Of a stretch of DNA of 38,584 bases, positions 1 through 8,383 are shown piece by piece. This DNA is from a virus (lineage: Duplodnaviria; Caudoviricetes). The DNA lies in the IMG/VR virus record IMGVR_UViG_3300024310_000018, positions 1-38,584 of that record; one strand, written 5' to 3'. Every line of letters begins with the position of its first letter. Position 1 is the first letter of the stretch. The translations under genes and the position numbers were made by a program. The notes beneath the pieces were generated by a model, which was not told the DNA's origin, did not search any database, and worked only from the letters and a program-made list of their open reading frames with translations.

Positions 1-127
1 GGGCTCGATCACGCAAGATCAGGCCGCGCAAATCCGCGATTTGCTGGAAAGCCTGAACGTTAACACCCGCGCATTCCTCGCTTGGGCCAAGCAGAAGCGC
101 GTTGAAGATATTCCGGCTGAATATTTC
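1..127. repeat. Terminal direct repeat, copy 1 (circular-assembly overlap)
   Basis: 1-127 is identical to 38458-38584; it lies inside a CDS and 127 is a common assembler k-mer. Confidence 0.95.
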
Positions 128-172
128 GATTCGTGCATTTCCGAAATCAAACGGGTTGGGAAAGCCAAATGA
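1..172 (+). CDS. erf: 3' end of ERF-family ssDNA annealing protein (wraps across the contig origin)
   Basis: The frame from ATG 37853 continues through the overlap to ...EIKRVGKAK-TGA(170-172), with ATGA overlap to the next gene. Confidence 0.85.
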   Translation, partial: GSITQDQAAQIRDLLESLNVNTRAFLAWAKQKRVEDIPAEYFDSCISEIKRVGKAK

Positions 173-795
173 TGCAGATCATCGAATGCGAACAAGGCTC
201 CCCGGAATGGTTCGCGGCGCGGGCCGGGATTCCGACTGCCAGCGAATTTCATACCGTCATGGCGGTAGGCAAGCAGGGAGGCAAGAGCATCACGCGCGTT
301 GCCTATCTCAATAAGCTTGCCGGCGAAATCCTGACCGGCGAGCCGATGGCAACATATAGCAATGACGATATGGAGCGCGGCAAGTTGATGGAGGACGAAG
401 CCCGCGACCTCTACGCTTTTATGAATGGGGTTGAGCCGCAGCGCGTCGGCTTCATTCGCAGCGGCGATAAGGGCGCAAGCCCGGATAGCCTTATCGGAGA
501 CAAGGGCGGCTTAGAAATCAAATCCGCTGCGGCGCATATCCAGATCGCGCGGCTGTTGGCTGGCGATCTTCCGTCCGAACACAAGGCCCAGGTTCACGGC
601 AACATTTGGGTTTGCGAACGGGAATGGTGGGATTTTTGCAGCTATTGCCCAAAGCTTCCGCTGTTTTCAATCCGCGTCTATCGCGATGATTCCTACATCG
701 CAAAGATCGCGAACGAAGTTGATCTGTTCAACACCGAACTGCGGCAGACCGTCGAATATATCCGCTGCTATGGTGCCAAGGATGCCGCCGCATGA
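169..795 (+). CDS. YqaJ/lambda-exonuclease family recombination exonuclease
   Basis: EQGSPEWFAARAGIPTAS, GASPD and LEIK motifs; start taken at ATG 169, coupled to the erf stop. Confidence 0.9.
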   Translation: MMQIIECEQGSPEWFAARAGIPTASEFHTVMAVGKQGGKSITRVAYLNKLAGEILTGEPMATYSNDDMERGKLMEDEARDLYAFMNGVEPQRVGFIRSGDKGASPDSLIGDKGGLEIKSAAAHIQIARLLAGDLPSEHKAQVHGNIWVCEREWWDFCSYCPKLPLFSIRVYRDDSYIAKIANEVDLFNTELRQTVEYIRCYGAKDAAA

Positions 796-1196
796 CCCGA
801 GCAACGCTTGTCCTCAGTTATCCCAGCGACCGCTTGCGCGCCGCACGATGGCTTGAGCAAGCTCCTGTTGGGACGCGCGTCGAGTTCAAGGATGCCAAGC
901 GCTCGCTAGAGCAGAATAGCCGCATGTGGGCAATGCTGACGGACGTTGCTACACAGAAGGAACACGCCGGCCGCCGCTACACCCCGGATCAATGGAAAGT
1001 CCTGTTCATGCACGCCTGCGGGCGGGAAGTGCAATTTATTCCATCGCTGGACAATTCGACGTTCATTCCATGGGGGCAATCATCGTCCGATCTTTCAAAG
1101 TCGGAAATGACCGAATTAATCGAGTTCATCTTCGCTTGGGGCGCAGAGCACGGCGTGGTGTTTCATGAGCCTGCCGAGCAAGGGACCAGCGCATGA
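792..1196 (+). CDS. ninB: NinB/Orf-family recombination protein
   Basis: KRSLEQNSRMWAML...W K..F...SSSDLSKSEMTELIEFIFAWGAEHGV pattern; follows the exonuclease. Confidence 0.85.
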   Translation: MTRATLVLSYPSDRLRAARWLEQAPVGTRVEFKDAKRSLEQNSRMWAMLTDVATQKEHAGRRYTPDQWKVLFMHACGREVQFIPSLDNSTFIPWGQSSSDLSKSEMTELIEFIFAWGAEHGVVFHEPAEQGTSA

Positions 1197-1573
1197 GCCG
1201 CGAACTTCCAGAATGGATAGCCGAACATGATAACCAAGCTATTCCTACACGGGTTAAGGTCCGTGTGTTTGATCGGGCCGGTGGGCGCTGCGCGGCCTGC
1301 ACGCTTGCCATCGTCGGCGGATTGCGACCAGCCTACGACCATATCCAGGCATTTATCAACGGCGGTTCACATAGAGAATCCAACCTGCAACTGCTTTGCG
1401 TGCCGTGCCACGCGCTCAAGACGAAAACTGACGTTGCAGAAAAATCCGTAATCTACCGCAAGCGCGCAAAGCATATCGGAGCATTCGCGCCGCGGCAGAA
1501 AATTCAGTCGGCCGGCTTCCGTAAAGCCGCCCCGCAACGAACAGCCTCAAGGCCATTGGAGCGGAGATCATGA
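1193..1573 (+). CDS. HNH endonuclease
   Basis: CxxC...DHI....GG....NLQLLCxxCH motif. Confidence 0.88.
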   Translation: MSRELPEWIAEHDNQAIPTRVKVRVFDRAGGRCAACTLAIVGGLRPAYDHIQAFINGGSHRESNLQLLCVPCHALKTKTDVAEKSVIYRKRAKHIGAFAPRQKIQSAGFRKAAPQRTASRPLERRS

Positions 1574-2004
1574 CCGAAAATTCAAAGTCAATGACCTTGG
1601 AAGAAAAGCTTGTCCAACATATCAAGGACATCGGCTTAGGTGCCCTTATCGAGGATGAGGACGCAATTACCGAGTTAACGAGGAAGGCTGTTGACGCCGC
1701 GCTAATTCAGAAGCGTTTGGTGCGGGATGGGAGTTATTCGACTAAGGAAATTGACTCCCCGGTTGTCGAAGCTGCGCGGGCCATCGCGACGGAAGCGCTC
1801 AAGCAAATCTTCGACGTGAGAGTGAAAGCTCTCTTTGACGATCCAGCGACGGCTACGGCCCTAAACGAAGCCTTGGCTTCTGCACTGCCTGGCGCGCTCC
1901 GCGATGCCATGCAGTCGCTCCTCGGGATGGCCTTGCAGCGAACGGAAATGAACACGCAAGCCAATCTTATGAATGCGTTGCGGCAACGCGGAATTCAAAT
2001 CTGA
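1570..2004 (+). CDS. Hypothetical helical protein
   Basis: 144-aa ORF, ATGA-coupled, GGAG Shine-Dalgarno (SD). Confidence 0.7.
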   Translation: MTENSKSMTLEEKLVQHIKDIGLGALIEDEDAITELTRKAVDAALIQKRLVRDGSYSTKEIDSPVVEAARAIATEALKQIFDVRVKALFDDPATATALNEALASALPGALRDAMQSLLGMALQRTEMNTQANLMNALRQRGIQI

Positions 2005-2218
2005 GAACTCCCGCATGACCCTCACCGTAAACGGCTATGGCTCGCCCGCTCCCGTGAAATTATCCGCAGTAGAGCGGGTGATATTTCCATTGCTTGGAAT
2101 GGTTGTAGTTCCATTAGCGATGCTTTGGGTAGTTGGGGTTGAGTTGGTTATTGGTTTCAATCTCTCACTGAGCAAGCTGAGACACCATCAAGTCAGGATA
2201 GATAGAGAGGGCTTCAAT

Positions 2219-2626
2219 ATGTTAGCGCAAAATTTCAAATCCGCTGCCGACCTTGAAATCTCCGAGCCGCAGAGAGAAGCATTGATGAAAACGCTTGTCA
2301 TGCTGGAAACGGGGAAGCTTGAGCATGTGCCACTTCTCAGCGTCAAGCCCGACTATGGCGTGTGTCACGAGATGAATGCCTTCTTCAACATGATTGTAAG
2401 TTACGGGCATGTTGATTGTGGCTCAGTGGGATGCCTTCGCGGCACCGCCGAACGGGTAGGAAATGTTTCGTTTCCTATTTTTCCAAGGGATACGACAGAT
2501 GGATTGCATGACCTGTTTTACAATGGTCGCGCGATTGCATCTGATCCTGGCACCGAACAAGCGGCCCGCGCGCTGCGCTCATATCTGACAACAGGCAATG
2601 CAAAATGGCTTGAAGCCCTCGCCTGA
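2219..2626 (+). CDS. Hypothetical phage protein (MLAQNFK...); the frame is open upstream to ATG 2015, adding a hydrophobic segment
   Basis: GAGAGGG SD before ATG 2219; CGSVGC motif. Confidence 0.65.
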   Translation: MLAQNFKSAADLEISEPQREALMKTLVMLETGKLEHVPLLSVKPDYGVCHEMNAFFNMIVSYGHVDCGSVGCLRGTAERVGNVSFPIFPRDTTDGLHDLFYNGRAIASDPGTEQAARALRSYLTTGNAKWLEALA

Positions 2627-2693
2627 CTTCTCCGAACGCGAAGCAATCTCAGTGGTGCGCTGAAACAAATCTTAAATGCATTAGGAACTCAAG

Positions 2694-2834
2694 ATGACCA
2701 TCCCCTTCCCCCTTCCGCGCTGGTTCGTGCTTCCCGTGGCCTGCATCGCCTTCCTGCCGATGTACCCGATTGGAGTGTTTTTCAATTTGCTGCACGTCTA
2801 CAGGCTGCGACAGATCAACGGAGCAAGGACATGA
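2694..2834 (+). CDS. 46-aa small membrane protein (MTIPFPLPRWFVLPVACIAFLPMYPIGVFFNLL...)
   Basis: Read manually; AGGA SD, hydrophobic core, stop overlaps ATG 2831. Confidence 0.6.
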   Translation: MTIPFPLPRWFVLPVACIAFLPMYPIGVFFNLLHVYRLRQINGART

Positions 2835-3391
2835 AGGATAGTCTGGTCGTTACGGAGAGGACGTTTCAGCGGGTGACGGACGCGCTGAATGCACAGACCA
2901 GAATCGAGCAATGGGTGAATGCGGCGGCGCGGGTACTCTACGAGTGCGAGAAACGGCGTGCAACTCATGCCGATTCTGTAATCAAGGCCGTAGCTCCAAA
3001 CGCCAGCGATGCACTTCTCATGGAGCCGTGGGACGAATGCAAAGACACGTTCCTCGCTGATGCCCGCGCCCTTCTCGACATCCCGTTGCCGGTAGCGTCG
3101 GCGTGGCAGGGGAGCGATCTGCATAAGTTTTTAGCGGAACGCTTCGCGCGCCATTATCAGGCATGGAAGGGTCGTTCTGGAACGGTTGAGGTCACGCTGT
3201 CTCCAAACGAGATTGAGATTATCGCTGCTGCCCTCGCCTCCTCCCCCCTGCCTGTAGAGGGAGAGCGGGAGTGGTTGCGCAAGCTTGTTGATGTTGTTTG
3301 GAACCACGCAACTGAAAGCACCGCCGTTCCATCCACCAAAACGGCTGACATGCTTATCGACCGCGCCCTCTCACGAAAGGCATCGACATGA
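2831..3391 (+). CDS. Hypothetical modular early protein
   Basis: 186-aa ORF, translationally coupled on both sides. Confidence 0.7.
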   Translation: MKDSLVVTERTFQRVTDALNAQTRIEQWVNAAARVLYECEKRRATHADSVIKAVAPNASDALLMEPWDECKDTFLADARALLDIPLPVASAWQGSDLHKFLAERFARHYQAWKGRSGTVEVTLSPNEIEIIAAALASSPLPVEGEREWLRKLVDVVWNHATESTAVPSTKTADMLIDRALSRKAST

Positions 3392-3711
3392 GCAACGCGA
3401 AGGGCAAACACACGTCGGGGCCGTGGAAAGTATATCACGCGCTGCTACGCCCGCAGTTTTCGGGCCACAAGATAATTGAAATTCAATCCGATCACGGCGA
3501 ACCCATTGTGACTTGGGCGGGGTTTGATAATTCGGACCGCCTGAAAAAGACACATCTTGCTAACGCGCGCTTAATGGCCGCAGCCCCAACGATGCTCAGA
3601 ATGATGAAGGCGGCCAAGCCTATCCTCGCCAACTTTTGCGAGAGTGACGAGAACCGAAAGCTATATGACGAGTTCTGCAATGCAATCGCAAAAGCAGAGG
3701 GCCGACGATGA
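3388..3711 (+). CDS. Conserved phage early protein (HTxGPW...ANARLxAAAP type)
   Basis: KHTSGPW and ANARLMAAAP motifs typical of a widespread phage family. Confidence 0.75.
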   Translation: MSNAKGKHTSGPWKVYHALLRPQFSGHKIIEIQSDHGEPIVTWAGFDNSDRLKKTHLANARLMAAAPTMLRMMKAAKPILANFCESDENRKLYDEFCNAIAKAEGRR

Positions 3712-4535
3712 CCCCTCCCGCACCATCTAAGGCCGAATTGCTGGCGGAAATCGAAGCCGCCTTTGGCGAGCCTGAATTGCGAGGGCACTTTTACACCGTA
3801 AACGGTGAATCTAAATGGTTTGACCACACGCAAGTAGCGCAGAAAATTCTCGCCGCCCTCCGCTCTCCCGCCGGGAATGGGATGCGGGGGGCGTTGGAAA
3901 GCCTTTTAGGCTTTGTAGAACATTTGCGTGTTCCACAGACCACTGACGAAGCTGGACTGCAAATTTTCATCGCAGGTCCAATTATTGAACGTGCTCGCGC
4001 CGCGCTCGCCTCCCCTCCCTCAGAAGCGACGGCCTCCCCGTCCGCAGAGCCGGTGGCGTGGCGATGGCGTCATCCGAACTGGACAGAGGGTTCGTGGAAC
4101 TATCAGACTGCGCCGCTAATTAACGCTGACGCCGATCTACAAGTTGAACCCTTCTACGCCTCCCCGCCCGTATCGGATGGGAGCCCCTCAGAACAAGATT
4201 GGTGTCAAAAGCACGGACCAAACTATAAAAAGGCCGATTGCTCCAAGTGTGCTGACGAGGCCAAGCTGGATGAAATTATTGCTTCTGGCCTAGCGGCACG
4301 AACCGCAGAGTCCGCGAGACGAGATTCTGAAAAGGTCCAATCCGATGCCGCTGTTGATCCGGCATTGATGCGTATCCCCATGTCTGTTCGCCCCTCAGAA
4401 GCGGAGACGGGGAGGGAGCACGAATATAGAACTGCGCTTGAGCGTATCGTCAACGAGAATTACGGCATGGCCAGAGAGATTGCCCGCGCCGCCCTCACTC
4501 GCCCATTCGACAGCAGCGGGGAACCACGGAAATGA
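3708..4535 (+). CDS. Mosaic modular early protein (Ea/EaA-like, EPVAWR module)
   Basis: 275 aa of short modules separated by ASP/PSE linkers. Confidence 0.7.
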   Translation: MTPPAPSKAELLAEIEAAFGEPELRGHFYTVNGESKWFDHTQVAQKILAALRSPAGNGMRGALESLLGFVEHLRVPQTTDEAGLQIFIAGPIIERARAALASPPSEATASPSAEPVAWRWRHPNWTEGSWNYQTAPLINADADLQVEPFYASPPVSDGSPSEQDWCQKHGPNYKKADCSKCADEAKLDEIIASGLAARTAESARRDSEKVQSDAAVDPALMRIPMSVRPSEAETGREHEYRTALERIVNENYGMAREIARAALTRPFDSSGEPRK

Positions 4536-4735
4536 GCCTCGTAAAGTTTAGGATTTTTGAAGCAATCGTTGGCCCGACAGTCGCAATGATTTTCTTTTGT
4601 GCATTTCACTTTATTGAAGGATCGCGACCTTTGATAACCGAATTTGAAGCTGGGGCCTTATGGGGATTTGTCTTGCTCAAACTGATAGAAGCAGTCCGCG
4701 CATATGCCGACAGCACCGGGGAGGCGGGGAAGTGA
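4532..4735 (+). CDS. 67-aa two-TM membrane protein
   Basis: Two hydrophobic stretches; coupled at both ends; flanked by 30-bp imperfect direct repeats. Confidence 0.7.
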   Translation: MSLVKFRIFEAIVGPTVAMIFFCAFHFIEGSRPLITEFEAGALWGFVLLKLIEAVRAYADSTGEAGK

Positions 4736-4938
4736 GCGAGACAGAAATCGAGGATTTCTTTATGCAGGCCGGACGCATCCAGTCGATGATCCACACGGGC
4801 GAGGCTCCATGTCAACTCTGCGGCGAGGTCGCTCCCCTGACTTGCGGTCCATCCAGGTTCGGCCCTGAAACCTTGGCCTGCGATCAATGCTGGAACCCGT
4901 CTGAGACATCCTCGCACACCGCCACGGAGTGCAAGTGA
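4732..4938 (+). CDS. Small zinc-finger protein (CQLC...CDQC)
   Basis: GTG 4732 overlaps the previous stop; two CxxC pairs. Confidence 0.65.
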   Translation: MSETEIEDFFMQAGRIQSMIHTGEAPCQLCGEVAPLTCGPSRFGPETLACDQCWNPSETSSHTATECK

Positions 4939-5672
4939 CTAAGCCCCTCGCGATCGATCTGTTCTGTGGCTTGGGCGGCTGGACTGACGGCCTGCTTGCC
5001 GAGGGCTACGACGTGATCGGTTTCGATATCATCCAGCATGTCTACGGCGAGCATCGTTATCCGGCCCAGCTTGTCATCCAGGACGTAACGACGCTGCACG
5101 GTTCGCAATTCAGGAAGGCGGATTTGATCGTCGCAAGTCCGCCGTGCCAAAAGTATAGCTATATGGCGATGCCCTGGACCTTGGCGAAAGCACAGGCTGC
5201 GGCAATCCGCGCCGATACCAGCGGCGCAATGCTTGAGGAATTGAACCGGCTGTTCAATGCCTGCTTCCGAATCCAGCAGGAGGCCTGCGAGGCGGCCGGG
5301 CGACATATCCCGATGCTGGTCGAGAACGTCCGCGGCGCGATCCCATGGGTTGGCCGCAGCCGCTGGAACTTTGGCAGCTTCCACCTTTGGGGAGACGTGC
5401 CAGCGTTGATGCCTATGACAGCCAAGGCGATCAAAGTGCCGACAATGGGCGCGGCTGCGCTCTCGCCTGACTATCTGCGGATCGACGGCAAGACGGATAC
5501 GCGCTGCCGCCGGGTCGCATCATACACGCTTGGCGGAAAGGCCATGTGTAACGAACACACGTCGATGGCGCTTCTAGAAATCGCCAAACGTAAGGGCACT
5601 ATAAGGCGGCTTGTGCGCTCTCGTGGCGAGCGGGAGTACCGCAGTGATGTGGGACAAGCTAGTAAGCCATGA
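4935..5672 (+). CDS. DNA (cytosine-5) methyltransferase-like protein with an atypical C-terminus
   Basis: Motif I DLFCGLGG, motif IV SPPCQ, motif VI ENV; GTG start overlaps the previous stop. Confidence 0.8.
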   Translation: MTKPLAIDLFCGLGGWTDGLLAEGYDVIGFDIIQHVYGEHRYPAQLVIQDVTTLHGSQFRKADLIVASPPCQKYSYMAMPWTLAKAQAAAIRADTSGAMLEELNRLFNACFRIQQEACEAAGRHIPMLVENVRGAIPWVGRSRWNFGSFHLWGDVPALMPMTAKAIKVPTMGAAALSPDYLRIDGKTDTRCRRVASYTLGGKAMCNEHTSMALLEIAKRKGTIRRLVRSRGEREYRSDVGQASKP

Positions 5673-5842
5673 ACAAAAGACACCGAGAAATCATCGCTAT
5701 TTATCGAAGCGGCTTGACTCTTAGAGAGTCCGCCCGTAAGCTTGGAATCTCGATGCAGCGCGTTCATCAGGTTGTGAGGCAATGCGCTCCTGAATTGATG
5801 CGCCCGCGTTTCGTCTATCAGCGAAAAAAGAAGGCGTCATGA
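5669..5842 (+). CDS. 57-aa HTH protein (sigma70 region-4-like)
   Basis: Read manually: MNKRHREIIAIYRSGLTLRESARKLGISMQRVHQVVRQ...; ATGA-coupled at both ends. Confidence 0.75.
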   Translation: MNKRHREIIAIYRSGLTLRESARKLGISMQRVHQVVRQCAPELMRPRFVYQRKKKAS

Positions 5843-6090
5843 GTAACGAAATCATTTCGCAACTAACTGTCAAACGCGATGCGTTCGGTGCCCACACCCC
5901 GAGGGGCCGCATTTGCTCAAACGTCATTGAGCAGCTTCAAGAATTACGAACCTACATCAGGCCAGCATGGGCGACGGATGAAAATCAAACGCTGCCTTAC
6001 ACATCGCAGTTTTGCTTCTGGCGACGTGGGCGGTTTGCCGAATGCTCGGTATTCAAATGCCTTGGGATTAACGAGGTAGGCTATGGTTGA
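5839..6090 (+). CDS. Hypothetical protein
   Basis: 83-aa coupled ORF. Confidence 0.6.
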   Translation: MSNEIISQLTVKRDAFGAHTPRGRICSNVIEQLQELRTYIRPAWATDENQTLPYTSQFCFWRRGRFAECSVFKCLGINEVGYG

Positions 6091-6337
6091 AGTTTACGAA
6101 AAGGAAGCGACCGGAAAATATAGCCAGCTTTTTGTGCTGTATCGCAACGGCCATCCTGTTCACATTCATTCCGAGCGCAAGGTTTTTGAGGATTGGATGA
6201 AAACGGCGGCATGGCTCTATCGACCGTCCGAATGTGAAATCGTTCGATTTGTCCCCGACGCTTCGCCAAAATGTGCAACATGCGGCGAACCTCTTTCAAG
6301 AGATTGTCCGCGCTGCAAAAGGAACTGGGAATCATGA
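6083..6337 (+). CDS. Hypothetical protein with C-terminal zinc ribbon
   Basis: GAGG SD; CATC...CPRC. Confidence 0.65.
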   Translation: MVEVYEKEATGKYSQLFVLYRNGHPVHIHSERKVFEDWMKTAAWLYRPSECEIVRFVPDASPKCATCGEPLSRDCPRCKRNWES

Positions 6338-6531
6338 AAGCATACTGCACGGGCTGCGGCGAAGATTGCTCACACGCCTACGGGACGTATCAGGGCTACC
6401 CCTATCATTTCGGGTGCATTCCGATGCGCCGGAAGCGCAGAGAAGGGGCTGGCGATGTGCCGACGCCACCCGAGGGCAGCGAGGGATTGCCTATCCCGGC
6501 ATCGCAAGACCCGCTTAGGCGGCTCTATTGA
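6334..6531 (+). CDS. Small zinc-finger protein (CTGC...HFGC)
   Basis: ATG 6334 overlaps the previous stop. Confidence 0.6.
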   Translation: MKAYCTGCGEDCSHAYGTYQGYPYHFGCIPMRRKRREGAGDVPTPPEGSEGLPIPASQDPLRRLY

Positions 6532-6565
6532 TTGCTCACTCCTAAGCGAAAGGTGAAAGTACCCC

Positions 6566-6805
6566 ATGGCTCTGCGACATCCTGCCGTGAAGTTTCGCCG
6601 CAAGGTGTACGTCGGCCATCCTAGGCATCTGGACGCTATTCACAAGGCGTTTGAGGGCATGAGCGAACATACGGTACGCCGAATCTACAACCGCATTGCG
6701 GACGGCAAAGAGGAAATCGTTTTTGGCTTCGCGTGCGAGGACGGTTCGGATTGGTACGAGGCCGATATGCAGAGCGCGCGGAAGCTGATGTATAGCTTCG
6801 ACTAG
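6566..6805 (+). CDS. Hypothetical protein, last gene of the rightward arm
   Basis: AAGGTG SD; 79 aa. Confidence 0.65.
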   Translation: MALRHPAVKFRRKVYVGHPRHLDAIHKAFEGMSEHTVRRIYNRIADGKEEIVFGFACEDGSDWYEADMQSARKLMYSFD

Positions 6806-6908
6806 AGGCATCCCCGCTTCTGACCAATCACCGGGCTAGCACCCGCGACAAATACTCGGTGGCGCTGGTTCTACCGGCGACAGCGGATCGACCTGGCTCT
6901 GATGCGGC

Positions 6909-7121
6909 TCAGCGGGGAAAGTGCATTGTGCCGCCGCCCCCAGCCAGCAGCGTCAGCGCGTAGATCAGGCACAGGATCAGGATAATCACCCACACCAGTT
7001 GTTCGATGTGCGGCGGAATGCCGATGAACAGCTTGATGGCGTAGAGTAGCAGCCAGATGCAGCCGCACACCACGATGATCCCGATGGCGAGCCACAGGAT
7101 AGAGATTGCCAGACTAACCAT
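6909..7121 (-). CDS. Small two-TM membrane protein
   Basis: Very hydrophobic 70 aa; GGAG SD. Confidence 0.75.
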   Translation of the reverse strand: MVSLAISILWLAIGIIVVCGCIWLLLYAIKLFIGIPPHIEQLVWVIILILCLIYALTLLAGGGGTMHFPR

Positions 7122-7305
7122 TGTCGTCTCCTTCTTCCACGATCGTGATGCGATAGGTTTTGCCAGCCACGAATTCGCCGCGTGACTTCAACAAATTGCA
7201 CAGCAGATGTTCGTCCTGCGAACTCGGCGGCGATGGCACGGTCAGCAGCAGCTTGACGATGCCGTTAAAGCCGACCACCGCCGAGCATTTTGCTGTGAAT
7301 TCCAT
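7114..7305 (-). CDS. Hypothetical protein
   Basis: 63 aa, tiles between neighbouring genes. Confidence 0.6.
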   Translation of the reverse strand: MEFTAKCSAVVGFNGIVKLLLTVPSPPSSQDEHLLCNLLKSRGEFVAGKTYRITIVEEGDDNG

Positions 7306-7306
7306 G

Positions 7307-7729
7307 TCAGTGCCCCCGCGTCGCGATGATGAAGCCGATCACGCTGGCGGCGGCGGCGAGGCTGATCATGGTCTGCACGATCACGCCAGCGGATAGTCCA
7401 ACGCCTTGCGACTTGCCGCCAGTTTCCCAGCGGAATTGTTCCAGCTTGGCGGTGCGATCGGAGAGATCGTTCTTGACCTCCTTCAACTGTGTCGCCAGCA
7501 GCGTCGATGCGGCGTCCTGGTTCGCGCGCAGCACCTTGGCCATTTCAAGATTAAACAGACGTTCAAGTTCGGCCTTCTCGTTAACGCGCCGGGTCTCGGC
7601 CGCCAGAAGATCGCGCATGTGCGAGAGATCGGTAGTTCGAAGTTCGTCGCGGTGCTTGCGTTCGAACTCGACCAGATCGAGCACGTTCTTGGTTGGGTCG
7701 ATGATCGGCACCATCTGCGTTTCTACCAT
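7307..7729 (-). CDS. Coiled-coil protein with C-terminal TM (lysis-cassette associated)
   Basis: Helical body and hydrophobic C-terminus; GAGG SD. Confidence 0.7.
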   Translation of the reverse strand: MVETQMVPIIDPTKNVLDLVEFERKHRDELRTTDLSHMRDLLAAETRRVNEKAELERLFNLEMAKVLRANQDAASTLLATQLKEVKNDLSDRTAKLEQFRWETGGKSQGVGLSAGVIVQTMISLAAAASVIGFIIATRGH

Positions 7730-7735
7730 CGCGCC

Positions 7736-8101
7736 TCAATGCTTCTGCAACCCATCAACCTGCAACTGCAGGCGGTCGAGTTGCTTCACCGCGCCGTTCA
7801 CCATGGCCACGAGGCCGCCCTGCACGATGTTGGTCGCGGCCTGTGCATCGGTCATCTTGCTCACCTGTGCCCACACCTGCCGCTGCCCGTCCCGTAATTC
7901 GCTCAACCCATTCTTCTGCCCCTCTTTCAAATCGTTGAGCTGCACGGCACCGAGATAGCCGAGCAATCCCATCACCACCGGCCATGCGAACCGACCGATG
8001 GTCAGCATGGTCGTACTGTCGATGAACTTGCGGAACGGTGCGGTATCCGCCGGCACGATCACGGTATCGCGCGGCGATTGCGGCGCGGCTGGCTTGGTCA
8101 T
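7736..8101 (-). CDS. Single-TM coiled-coil protein (lysis-cassette associated)
   Basis: Start MTKPAA at 8101 coupled to the upstream stop; TM FAWPVVMGLLGYLGAV. Confidence 0.7.
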   Translation of the reverse strand: MTKPAAPQSPRDTVIVPADTAPFRKFIDSTTMLTIGRFAWPVVMGLLGYLGAVQLNDLKEGQKNGLSELRDGQRQVWAQVSKMTDAQAATNIVQGGLVAMVNGAVKQLDRLQLQVDGLQKH

Positions 8102-8379
8102 TTCGGCGCTCCGGTCCTGCAGCCGAACTCCGCGCCGTCCGGCAGGCACGGCTTGGCGAGATCGGTGTCATAAGCCTTGGCTCTGGCGAGGCAAGAATCC
8201 AGCGCGGCGTCGTATCGCCGGCCGCTCCAGCCCGCGGTATTGCGAAAGCAAGCGCTGACCGGAGTTTCCCGTGTCTGGCATCTCACGCCGCCGGGCCCGC
8301 AGTCTATGCCGATGCCGTTCTGTGCTGATGCCGCCGTCGTCATGGCCAGCAGTAGCGCCGAGATCAGGATGCGGTTCAT
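8098..8379 (-). CDS. Secreted six-cysteine small protein
   Basis: Signal peptide MNRILISALLLAMTTAASA; 6 Cys in the mature part. Confidence 0.7.
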   Translation of the reverse strand: MNRILISALLLAMTTAASAQNGIGIDCGPGGVRCQTRETPVSACFRNTAGWSGRRYDAALDSCLARAKAYDTDLAKPCLPDGAEFGCRTGAPK

Positions 8380-8383
8380 GGTA

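Noticed and set aside
2060-2068. TTATCCGCA, an 8/9 match to a DnaA box
   Set aside because: It is a single mismatched site far from the candidate origin and expected by chance
7326-7958. 210-aa and 163-aa plus-strand ORFs
   Set aside because: They are shadows of the tightly tiled minus-strand lysis-region genes
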